Origin: Candidatus Omnitrophota bacterium
Lineage (GTDB): Bacteria > Omnitrophota > Gorgyraeia > Zapsychrales > JANLHA01
Direction of reading: 5' to 3'
NCBI GenBank assembly: GCA_963662715.1
Contig: OY759724.1
Coordinates: forward strand, 2,010,662-2,074,661
Length of the DNA stretch: 64,000 bases
This document shows positions 38,581 to 47,287 of the stretch, one piece after another. Every line of letters starts with the position of its first letter. Position 1 is the stretch's first letter. The notes below the pieces were generated by a model. It searched no databases and had not been told where the DNA came from. It saw nothing but the letters and a program-made list of their open reading frames with translations. The translations under genes were made by a program, and so were the position numbers.

Positions 38581-39247
38581 TCATTCGGTTGGCGTTTTTT
38601 CTTTCGCAAGGGTGCAAAGCGAACGATGTTCGCAGAAAATGATCCGCCCCTTTGGCGACACGACATTAACTGATATCGTTCTGAAGAAATTGAGGGAAAT
38701 CGGGCCGGACACCTTTTTCGCCGGCTACGAAAAGGTGTTCGCCGATAAATGTCAGGAGGCCGGGGTCTCTTTTGTCCGCCGGAGTGAGCACTCTGTTCAT
38801 ATCGATGGTCCTATTACTGAAATCCTCTCATTTCTGAAAGACCTCCCGTATGATTACTTTCTGATCATCAATGCCTGTCTGCCCTTTCTGCCGGTCCGGA
38901 CCATTAAGGATTTTCTGCAGTACTGTCAGCAGGATTTTCGTCCCGTCTTTGCTGTTATAAAAAGGCATAATTTTTATTTTGATCATAAACAGCAGCCGCT
39001 TAATTTCAATTTATCTTTAAAAACGATCAACACAAAAACCGTGACCCCGGTGTTTGAATTTGCTCACGCGTTATATTTTTTTAAAAAAGACTATTTTTTT
39101 GAAACGGGACGCTACTGGGACTGGCAGGAAGTGCGCCTGTTTGAACTGCAGAGCAAATTGGAATTGTTCGACATTGATACGGAGGAAGATTTTTTGATAG
39201 CAGAGGGAATGAGGAGAACTTATGAAAGTCGTATTCTTGGTTCATAG
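38564..39247 (+). CDS. second cytidylyltransferase-like protein (divergent NeuA/PseF family)
   Basis: 'VFSFARVQSERCSQKMIRPFGDTTL' fits the AR-x-x-S-x-R-x-x-x-K-x(n)-G-x-x-L pattern. Start at the internal Met 'MEQSNNH'. Confidence 0.45.
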   Translation: MEQSNNHSVGVFSFARVQSERCSQKMIRPFGDTTLTDIVLKKLREIGPDTFFAGYEKVFADKCQEAGVSFVRRSEHSVHIDGPITEILSFLKDLPYDYFLIINACLPFLPVRTIKDFLQYCQQDFRPVFAVIKRHNFYFDHKQQPLNFNLSLKTINTKTVTPVFEFAHALYFFKKDYFFETGRYWDWQEVRLFELQSKLELFDIDTEEDFLIAEGMRRTYESRILGS

Positions 39248-40574
39248 AACGAATTACTACCGGTATTTGACTCCGGTTATCCAGGAAGCCCTGAACCGTG
39301 GCCATGAGGTGGAATGCTGGCATGATTACAGCGCCCCTCGTCATGGCCTGAAAGGGTATAGTTTCCCTTTCTTGGAGCATATGCCGGTCTTTTCCGGAAC
39401 CCGGCAGCCGACGCCTAAAGCCTTTGCCGGCATCGCCGAACTGGAGCCTTTGCTGTATTCCCGGCAGATCGATGTTGTTTGTTCCATTTATCCGCTGAAG
39501 TTGTCTTTGCCGCATGCCTCTTTAGACAGTTTTTCTTTTACTTGGGTGACGCTGATGACCGGCCCGGACAGTTTTTTCCAGATCCCCAAATTTGAATTAT
39601 TAAAGAAGCGGGAAAACAAAGAACTGTTCATGGCTTACAGTGATTTCTTTGTTGAAAAAGGCCGGGTATTTCTGGAAAAATATTATCCCTCGCATAAAAA
39701 TTATCTTGATAGTGATTATACAAAAGTTTTTGTTCCGGGCAACCCGGAGTTTGATGCCTTTCGTGATATTCAGGAAGAACATGTCCGTGATAAATACGGC
39801 CTGCCTTCGGGGAAAAAGATTTTGCTGTATCTGCCGTTCCCTTATTGCAACCGCAATAGACATTCTGCCTGGGAGAGGGCTTTTTGCGGACGGTTAACAG
39901 ATACGGCGGTCAGTCCGGGAGGTTTGCTGGTCCATGATAAAAGAAGAGCTCCTCTGAAACGTTTTATGACGGATGTCAGTCATTTCCTTCGGATTTGCCG
40001 TGATCCTTTGAGCCTGGACTATCTGCTCAGGAAGATTGATGAAGCGGGAGTCTTTAAATCGATTAGGAAATTTTGCGACAGGAACGATCTTTATCTCGTT
40101 GTCAAACCCCGGTTGAAATTCCCGGTTGCCGAATATGTTAAGGAAACAGCCGATTTGGTTGTTTGGGATAATGAACAGGAAGAGAATCCTCCTATATTGA
40201 AAGAACTGTTGTCCGTGACGAAAATCTGCGCCATGTATTTCAGCTTTGCGTCTCTGGCGTCTATATATCATCAGGTGTTTTGTCTCAACATCAATCTGCC
40301 TGACGAATTCTTCGTGAATGACGCCCAGCGGTTTTGGTTTTCCAATACTTTGGGGGGGAGTTTTAATTATCCCGGAGTTATAGAGACGTGGGAAATGGTC
40401 GATGTTATACAAAAATTGCCGCAGACGCCCTTAGAAACATTTGATGTCGATGCCGGACAGCATAGGGAATTTGTCAGGAAATTTGTTACCCATGATGACA
40501 CCCTTTCCAGCCGGCGGGTATGGAATATTGTCGAATCAGAAGTATCCCAAAAAAAGGATATTGTGGCCGTATGA
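39222..40574 (+). CDS. hypothetical protein, possibly a TagF/capsule-type glycosyl/glycerophosphotransferase
   Basis: 450 aa soluble protein in the glycan operon with no clear motif. The assignment is speculative. Confidence 0.4.
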   Translation: MKVVFLVHRTNYYRYLTPVIQEALNRGHEVECWHDYSAPRHGLKGYSFPFLEHMPVFSGTRQPTPKAFAGIAELEPLLYSRQIDVVCSIYPLKLSLPHASLDSFSFTWVTLMTGPDSFFQIPKFELLKKRENKELFMAYSDFFVEKGRVFLEKYYPSHKNYLDSDYTKVFVPGNPEFDAFRDIQEEHVRDKYGLPSGKKILLYLPFPYCNRNRHSAWERAFCGRLTDTAVSPGGLLVHDKRRAPLKRFMTDVSHFLRICRDPLSLDYLLRKIDEAGVFKSIRKFCDRNDLYLVVKPRLKFPVAEYVKETADLVVWDNEQEENPPILKELLSVTKICAMYFSFASLASIYHQVFCLNINLPDEFFVNDAQRFWFSNTLGGSFNYPGVIETWEMVDVIQKLPQTPLETFDVDAGQHREFVRKFVTHDDTLSSRRVWNIVESEVSQKKDIVAV

Positions 40575-42493
40575 GAAACAATGTTGCTGTTGTTTTGTGT
40601 TGCCATCATAAGCCGTGGTTGATCATGTCAACGTTGATCACTTTGGCGGTGCAGGATTATCAGGATTATGATATCTTTGTCCTTTTTCAAGAGGGTGACG
40701 GGAAATGTCTTGATAAGCCGTCTTATAGAGAATATTTTCATTTGGCGGAGAAACACGGGGTGAATATTCAACTGAGCCCGCATGACAGGCGGGTTCGGGA
40801 TATTGTCCGTCAAGTCAGTGGTAAGAATGTCCAGGAGATCTTCTTGGAAAATGATCATGCTCTTGATTCCGGTGCTTGGTATAAGTTTATCCGCACGAGG
40901 AAATGGGAGGAGTATGATTATATTTTTATGATCCAGGAAGGGACATTGCTGACGCGGGATAACGTTTTATCCTCATCTTTAGGGTTTGTCCGGGAGCGCG
41001 GTATTCATTTCCTTTCCGCAGGGCATGAAAAGCGGAAAATGTCTAAGAACCATTTTTTGAATTATAATACCCAGGGGGAGCATTCGAGCGAATTTGACCT
41101 TTACCATGATGAACAGATTAAAAAGGTTTTTCAGATGTTTTGTCGCGACCCTGAATTTAAGGAAATCTTTTTGTCCTGGCGCCCTGATTGTCCTTTGACA
41201 ACGCAGAATCACGTGCCGGATGTTTTTGTCCCTTGGAGAATGAAATGTTACCAGATTTTACAAACTGTTAAGCACTTCGGGGAAATTTCTGCTTTCGGGC
41301 CGGCTATTCATGAAGACACTTATCGCCGTTCTTTGAAAAATATTGTCCGTGATTTTAGTGTCTGGGACAACATCATTTTTCACAAGGATAATGCCCCCGA
41401 ATGGTTCGGGTGTTCTTGCCAGCATCTTTTCAGCCGTGAGTTCCTGGAAAAGTTTTCCGCAAAGCTGGAAAATTATGATATTTATGATGTCCTGGATATC
41501 CCTTTTGCCGGGACCCCTCTGGAGCCTATTTGGGGATTTTTGCCGCAATGGCTGGGGTATGACAAATGGTTTTTTGACGGCATTCACCGTATCAGGAAGA
41601 ATTTTGTGACCTATGCCAGAGAGGATGATCCTGCGGGTATGTGCCGGTATATTCATGCTTATTACCGGGACAGGATAAGATTAAAAGTGGAGGGGGATTA
41701 TTTAAGAATAGGGACACTGCATAAGAAGTATTGTCATGCTCGACATATGCTGGGGGCACATTTTTGGAGCGATGTTGAGCACAATGGAAAATCGAAAGTC
41801 GAGGGTGCCAAAAATTATTGGAGAAATCTGGCTATCCCGGCAAGAAATGCTTCTCTCATTTTTGATGCTGTCCAGAAATATTATGCTCGGCCGCTTCATC
41901 GAGTGCTGGAGTTCGGCTGTGGAGGAGGTGGAAATTTAAAATATTTTATGGATAAAATCCCCGGGCTTAATACTTGGGGGATAGATGTCAACAGCCGGGT
42001 CAATGAGTTGAGGGAGCAATATCCAAATTTTACGGGAATAGTTGGGGATGAAAAGAGTCTGGCTCTGTTTGACCGGAACGAATTTGATGTGGCTTTTACG
42101 ATTTCCGTCTTAGATCACATTCCTTCTGATTTTTTAGTCAAACAGGCTATCACTGATTTGACGCGCGTGGCACGGTTCGTGATATTGCTCGAACCTTATA
42201 TTGAAGGGGTGCATGGCGATGTCTCGGATAAGAAGAGAGGGCAAGTCAAGAAAGGACTTATCAGGCCGGACAAGAAATTTGCGAAGCATTCTTATATTTG
42301 GAATTATGATGATATGTTAAAATCTATCGGCGTTACCTACATAAAGTATCCTATGTCGCTACACGTCTCTTCGTTAGGGCCATTTTATTATCTTTATGTA
42401 ATAGAGGCATTCTCCTTAGGAGAAGAAGGTCCAACCAGAGATTCTCATCTGACAGATGCCATAGGGGCCACTAATTTAGAAGAGTCCAATTAA
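40571..42493 (+). CDS. hypothetical protein with a C-terminal class I SAM methyltransferase domain
   Basis: C-terminal 'VLEFGCGGGGNLKYF...DVAFTISVLDHIP'. N-terminal about 450 aa unassigned. Confidence 0.5.
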   Translation: MRNNVAVVLCCHHKPWLIMSTLITLAVQDYQDYDIFVLFQEGDGKCLDKPSYREYFHLAEKHGVNIQLSPHDRRVRDIVRQVSGKNVQEIFLENDHALDSGAWYKFIRTRKWEEYDYIFMIQEGTLLTRDNVLSSSLGFVRERGIHFLSAGHEKRKMSKNHFLNYNTQGEHSSEFDLYHDEQIKKVFQMFCRDPEFKEIFLSWRPDCPLTTQNHVPDVFVPWRMKCYQILQTVKHFGEISAFGPAIHEDTYRRSLKNIVRDFSVWDNIIFHKDNAPEWFGCSCQHLFSREFLEKFSAKLENYDIYDVLDIPFAGTPLEPIWGFLPQWLGYDKWFFDGIHRIRKNFVTYAREDDPAGMCRYIHAYYRDRIRLKVEGDYLRIGTLHKKYCHARHMLGAHFWSDVEHNGKSKVEGAKNYWRNLAIPARNASLIFDAVQKYYARPLHRVLEFGCGGGGNLKYFMDKIPGLNTWGIDVNSRVNELREQYPNFTGIVGDEKSLALFDRNEFDVAFTISVLDHIPSDFLVKQAITDLTRVARFVILLEPYIEGVHGDVSDKKRGQVKKGLIRPDKKFAKHSYIWNYDDMLKSIGVTYIKYPMSLHVSSLGPFYYLYVIEAFSLGEEGPTRDSHLTDAIGATNLEESN

Positions 42494-42543
42494 CGGCATT
42501 GGGAACGATTTTTTGATTGGCCTTATCAAGCAAGGAGGGGCAC

Positions 42544-43317
42544 ATGAAGGTTGTTATTCTGGCCGGGGGGCTTGGTTCGCGGTTAAGTGAGGAAACCTAT
42601 TTGAAACCCAAGCCGATGATTGATGTCGGGGGCCGGCCGATTCTTTGGCATATTATGAAGTTTTATTCCAGTTACGGGTTTAACGATTTTGTTATCTGCC
42701 TGGGGTATAAGGGATATATGATTAAAGAATATTTCGCGAATTATTTCCTTCATGAAACGGATGTGACCATTGATTTGAACTTTAATAATATGCTGTTTCA
42801 CGATTCGAAAGCCGAACCCTGGAAGATCACTCTGGTGGATACCGGCCTGGATACCATGACCGGGGGAAGAATCAAACGCATACGGAATCATATCGATAAT
42901 ACAACATTTATGCTGACATACGGCGACGGCCTGGGGGATGTTCCTCTGAAAGAATTGCTGTCCTTCCATCAGTCGCACAAAAAGATGGCCACGCTCACAG
43001 CCGTACAGCCTATCGGACGCTTCGGTGCTTTGGACATGGCCGGCCAGGCCGTTAAGTCTTTTATTGAAAAGCCTAAAGGGGACGGGGGATGGATCAACGG
43101 CGGGTTTTTTGTCCTGGAACCGAAAGTTTTTGATTATATTGAAAATGACCAGTCTATCTGGGAAAAAAAACCGCTGGAAGCCATTGCCGCCGAACGGCAG
43201 CTGAATGCCTATCAGCATACAGGTTTTTGGAAGCCCATGGACACTCTTCGGGATAAAAGGGAGCTGGAAGAGTTATGGAATACCGGCAAAGCTCCCTGGA
43301 AAGTTTGGAATGATTAA
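42544..43317 (+). CDS. rfbF: glucose-1-phosphate cytidylyltransferase
   Basis: 'MKVVILAGGLGSRLSEETYLKPKPMIDVGGRPILWHIM' is nearly the canonical RfbF/DdhA N-terminus. Confidence 0.85.
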   Translation: MKVVILAGGLGSRLSEETYLKPKPMIDVGGRPILWHIMKFYSSYGFNDFVICLGYKGYMIKEYFANYFLHETDVTIDLNFNNMLFHDSKAEPWKITLVDTGLDTMTGGRIKRIRNHIDNTTFMLTYGDGLGDVPLKELLSFHQSHKKMATLTAVQPIGRFGALDMAGQAVKSFIEKPKGDGGWINGGFFVLEPKVFDYIENDQSIWEKKPLEAIAAERQLNAYQHTGFWKPMDTLRDKRELEELWNTGKAPWKVWND

Positions 43318-44407
43318 TTCGTTTAACAATATTTACCGCGGAAAGAAGGTCCTTATCACCGGGCATACGGGTTTTAAAGGGTCCTGGTTAAGTCTTTGGC
43401 TGAGAGAATTGGGGGCGGATATTGTCGGTTATGCTTTGGCCCCTGCCACGCAGCCGAACCATTTTGAGCTTTTAGACCTGGATATGGTTTCTGTCATTGA
43501 CGATATCCGTCATCAGGAGAGCCTTGCAGCCGTTTTCGCTCAACACCGGCCGGAAATGGTTTTCCATATGGCCGCCCAGTCCCTTGTCCGGTATTCCTAT
43601 CCCCACCCGGCGGAGACCTTTGAAACAAACGTTATGGGAACGGTACATGTTCTGGAAGCCGTAAGGCGGTGCGCTTCGGTTAAGGCGATTGTGAATGTGA
43701 CCAGCGATAAGTGCTATGATAATAAAGAGTGGGTCTGGGGATACCGGGAAACAGATCCTTTGGGGGGATATGATCCTTACAGCGCTTCCAAAGGGTGTGC
43801 GGAAATCGTTACAAACGCTTATCGCAATTCTTTCTTCCCCCTTCACCGGTATGGAGAGGAGCATCATGTTCTGCTGGCCAGCGTCCGAGCCGGAAATGTT
43901 ATCGGGGGAGGGGACTGGGCCGAGGACAGGCTTGTCCCGGACATCATGCGGGCAGTGGCAGACCATAAACAAGCTGTGATCAGAAATCCTCAGGCGACAC
44001 GTCCCTGGCAGCATGTTTTGGATCCTTTAAGCGGGTATCTTTTGCTGGGACAGCAGTTGCTCGAGGGGCGGAAAGAGTTTGCCGAAGCCTGGAACTTCGG
44101 ACCGGCCGATGACGCTGTTCTGACCGTAGAGGATGTTGTTCTTGCGGCCCGTTCTTCCTGGGACAGGATATCTTTGAAAATGAATGGCCCGGAAGAACAA
44201 CCTCACGAGGCGCATGATTTGAAGCTGGACTGTTCCAAAGCGCACCGTAAACTTCAATGGCAGGGGCTGTGGGAGACCTCCCGGGCGATACAGCAGACGG
44301 TTGAGTGGTATAGGGCTTATTTTGAAGACAAGACAATACTGAGTCGTGAACAGTTGAAATCCTATATGAATTCGGGCAGGCAGAAGAAAGCTGTGTGGGG
44401 GGAATAA
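43310..44407 (+). CDS. rfbG: CDP-glucose 4,6-dehydratase
   Basis: 'KKVLITGHTGFKGSWLSLWL' and 'YSASKGCAE' are the RfbG/DdhB signatures. Start at the internal Met 'MINSF', overlapping the rfbF stop. Confidence 0.85.
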   Translation: MINSFNNIYRGKKVLITGHTGFKGSWLSLWLRELGADIVGYALAPATQPNHFELLDLDMVSVIDDIRHQESLAAVFAQHRPEMVFHMAAQSLVRYSYPHPAETFETNVMGTVHVLEAVRRCASVKAIVNVTSDKCYDNKEWVWGYRETDPLGGYDPYSASKGCAEIVTNAYRNSFFPLHRYGEEHHVLLASVRAGNVIGGGDWAEDRLVPDIMRAVADHKQAVIRNPQATRPWQHVLDPLSGYLLLGQQLLEGRKEFAEAWNFGPADDAVLTVEDVVLAARSSWDRISLKMNGPEEQPHEAHDLKLDCSKAHRKLQWQGLWETSRAIQQTVEWYRAYFEDKTILSREQLKSYMNSGRQKKAVWGE

Positions 44408-44965
44408 ATGCAATTTTCTGAAACTAGAATTCCCGGTGTTTATATCATTGAGCCCAGGGTTTTTACGGATGAGCGCGGGGCTTTCATCAAGATTTTTCAT
44501 AAAGAAGAGTTTCAGAATCACGGCCTGGCATGCGAATTTAAGGAGTCATTTTACTCGATCTCCCAAAAGGGCGTTATCCGGGGCATGCATTTTCAGACCC
44601 CGCCGCATGAACATGCCAAATTGATTTATGTGACCCGGGAAGCCATCAGGGACGTTATTGTCGATATCCGCCGCGGATCGCCGGCCTACGGGGAATATGT
44701 TTCGGTTGAACTGTCTGAAGAAAACCGGAAGATGCTTTATGTCCCGGCAGGCTGTGCTCATGGTTTTTCCGCTTTGCAGGACGGCGCCTGTGTGATTTAC
44801 TCGCTGACGTCGGTCTATGCCGAGGATCATGATAAGGGCATCCGCTACGATTCATTCGGTTTTGACTGGGGGAGGATTGAAGCTCCCATCGTGTCTTTAA
44901 GAGACCAGGGGTTCCCTCCTTTGAAAGATTTTCAGTCCCCTTTCCGGTACGGGGGATCATCATGA
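44408..44965 (+). CDS. RfbC-family cupin sugar-nucleotide 3,5-(or 5-)epimerase
   Basis: 'IPGVYIIEPRVFTDERGAFIKIF...RGMHFQ...KLIYV' matches the dTDP-4-dehydrorhamnose 3,5-epimerase fold. Confidence 0.75.
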   Translation: MQFSETRIPGVYIIEPRVFTDERGAFIKIFHKEEFQNHGLACEFKESFYSISQKGVIRGMHFQTPPHEHAKLIYVTREAIRDVIVDIRRGSPAYGEYVSVELSEENRKMLYVPAGCAHGFSALQDGACVIYSLTSVYAEDHDKGIRYDSFGFDWGRIEAPIVSLRDQGFPPLKDFQSPFRYGGSS

Positions 44966-45870
44966 AAGTTTTTATAACAGGCGCAACGGGGTTCATCGGA
45001 AGGCACTTGACGGAAACGCTGATACGTCGTCATACCGGTGTTGTCGCGCTTGTCCGTCCGTCCACGGACGTTGATCTCCTGGTCCCGGGAACAACCTATT
45101 ATTGTGACCAGGGGGACACTTCGGCTTTGGTGTCATATGTTCAGGAACAGAAATTTGACGGTATGATTCATTTGGCGTCCCTGTTCCTGCCGCAGCATAA
45201 CCCGGGAGATGTTGAGCCTTTGATTCAGTCCAATATCACGTTTGCCGCCAGGGTCCTTGAAGCGGCGGTACAGGCGGAGGTCCCCTGGTTTATTAACACG
45301 GGAACATTTTGGCAGCATTACCGTAATCAGGATTATAGCCCGGTGAATTTTTATGCGGCCACCAAACAGGCGTTTGAAGTGATAGCCCAGTATTATTTAG
45401 AGACAGCCGGAATTAATTTTGTTACTCTTAAACTTAATGATACATTCGGCCCCGGTGACCGGCGGCCTAAAATATTCCACTCCTGGATGAAGATGGCCGA
45501 AAACGGGGAAGCCCTGGACATGTCCGGCGGGGAGCAGGTGATGGATGTCAGTTACATTGACAATGTTATTGATGCCTACGTTCAGATGGTAGACCTGCTG
45601 GCCCGGGATCAGGAACGGAAATTCAAAGGCCGGTCTTTTGCGGTCCGTTCCCAGGAAAGAATGACTTTAAAAGAGTTGGCCGCGGTTTTTGAAGAGGTCA
45701 CCGGCAAATCCTTGAATATCCGCTGGGGACAACGCGACTACCGTGAACGCGAGGTGTTTAATCCCTGGGATCAAGGGCCGACCGTCCCGGGCTGGCAGCC
45801 GAGGGTGTCGTTGCGGGAGGGTATTGTAAAGACATTCAAGCAAGGAGTTGAACATGATCATTATCGCTGA
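44962..45870 (+). CDS. NAD(P)-dependent epimerase/reductase (SDR), likely a 4-ketoreductase of the CDP-sugar branch
   Basis: 'MKVFITGATGFIGRHL' Rossmann and 'YAATKQAFE' YxxxK. Confidence 0.7.
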   Translation: MKVFITGATGFIGRHLTETLIRRHTGVVALVRPSTDVDLLVPGTTYYCDQGDTSALVSYVQEQKFDGMIHLASLFLPQHNPGDVEPLIQSNITFAARVLEAAVQAEVPWFINTGTFWQHYRNQDYSPVNFYAATKQAFEVIAQYYLETAGINFVTLKLNDTFGPGDRRPKIFHSWMKMAENGEALDMSGGEQVMDVSYIDNVIDAYVQMVDLLARDQERKFKGRSFAVRSQERMTLKELAAVFEEVTGKSLNIRWGQRDYREREVFNPWDQGPTVPGWQPRVSLREGIVKTFKQGVEHDHYR

Positions 45871-46576
45871 AATAGGGATTAATCATAACGGAAACATTCA
45901 TCTGGCCCACGAACTGATCAAACAGGCCAAATTATGCGGGGCGGATATCGCCAAATTTCAGTTTTATGATCCGGACAAGATTTTCGGCCCTAAAGGCGCC
46001 TACCCGGATAAAGATAATTACGAATTTGCATTGACGGTGCAGTTCGGTTTTGAGGAAGCGAAAAGGCTTAAGGCCTGGTGTGATGAGGAAGGCATAGAGT
46101 TCATGGCGTCTGTTTTTGACGAAGAGAGGTTTGAGTGGATGGAGGCCCTGGGGATGAAAAGGTATAAGGTCGCCAGCCGCACCGTGCAGGAAGAGAGTCT
46201 TTGTAAAAGAATTTTTTCCACTCAAAAAGAAGTTTTCATTTCTTTGGGATTCTGGGAGAATGCGGATGTGCCTTATGATTATGAGAACGCCAAATACCTT
46301 TATTGCGTGGCGAAATATCCGGCGGAATATAAGGACATCCATCTGCCGGTGTCTTTTAAAGCCACGCCCTATGACGGCTTCAGCGACCATACGATCGGCA
46401 TTGAAGCCGCGCTTGTCGCTGTTGCCAGGGGCGCGAATATTATCGAAAAGCATTTTACGCTAAATAAGGGCCTTGTCGGTCCGGATCATGTTTGCAGTGC
46501 GACTCCGGAAGAGCTGAGCATCTTGTGCCAGCAGTCGCGGGAGATGGAGAAATTTATTAATGTGGCCGAAGATTAG
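45848..46576 (+). CDS. NeuB-family TIM-barrel protein lacking the SAF domain (sialic-acid-synthase-like)
   Basis: 'IIIAEIGINHNGNIHLAHELIKQAKLCGADIAKFQ' is NeuB-like, but the protein is only 242 aa with no C-terminal SAF domain. Confidence 0.6.
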   Translation: MNMIIIAEIGINHNGNIHLAHELIKQAKLCGADIAKFQFYDPDKIFGPKGAYPDKDNYEFALTVQFGFEEAKRLKAWCDEEGIEFMASVFDEERFEWMEALGMKRYKVASRTVQEESLCKRIFSTQKEVFISLGFWENADVPYDYENAKYLYCVAKYPAEYKDIHLPVSFKATPYDGFSDHTIGIEAALVAVARGANIIEKHFTLNKGLVGPDHVCSATPEELSILCQQSREMEKFINVAED

Positions 46577-46633
46577 TCCGCAAGAATCATTCGTGGAAAA
46601 TCGGGCCCCGGTCAGCTGTGAGGGAGTAAGATT

Positions 46634-47287
46634 ATGCGCTTAATTGATATTTCGGTTATTGTTGTGAATCATAATTATGGCACGCTTATCCGCCGGTGCA
46701 TCCGGTCGCTGCTCAATCAGGACCTGGATAAATCTCATTATGAAATTATTGTTGTCGATGACGGCAGTACGGATGACTCCATAAAAGCTTTGGATACCTT
46801 TGTCAGGGCCGGGGATATTAAGGTCATTAAAAACGAGGAGAATTTAGGCATCGGGGCCAGTGCCCAGATCGGGGTGGCGAACTCCCGCGGGAAATATTTT
46901 GTCCGGGTTGACTCGGACGATTATGTGCAGCCTCCTTTTTTGTACATGCTTTATAATTTTCTGAAATTTAACCCGAAATACGTCGGTGTTTCCTGCGATT
47001 ATTATATGACGGATAATGAAGAGCGGATCATTTCCAAGGAATCCTTCAAGGATAACGGCATTGCCTGCGGTCTTATGTTCAGGACATCTTACCTGGAAAT
47101 CATCGGCTCCTATAATTCCGAGAAAAAAGTCTTTGAGGACAAAGATTTATCTAGGCGGATGGAGAAAGATAAAATTTTTCACCTTCCCGTTCCGCTTTAT
47201 AATTATGTCAAACACGGGAATTCCATGACCGATAAACATGTCGTATCTGTCTATAAGATAGGAGAATCGGATGAGTCAAAATCATAG
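46634..47287 (+). CDS. family-2 glycosyltransferase
   Basis: 'ISVIVVNHNYG...IIVVDDGSTDDS...RVDSDD'. Confidence 0.7.
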   Translation: MRLIDISVIVVNHNYGTLIRRCIRSLLNQDLDKSHYEIIVVDDGSTDDSIKALDTFVRAGDIKVIKNEENLGIGASAQIGVANSRGKYFVRVDSDDYVQPPFLYMLYNFLKFNPKYVGVSCDYYMTDNEERIISKESFKDNGIACGLMFRTSYLEIIGSYNSEKKVFEDKDLSRRMEKDKIFHLPVPLYNYVKHGNSMTDKHVVSVYKIGESDESKS

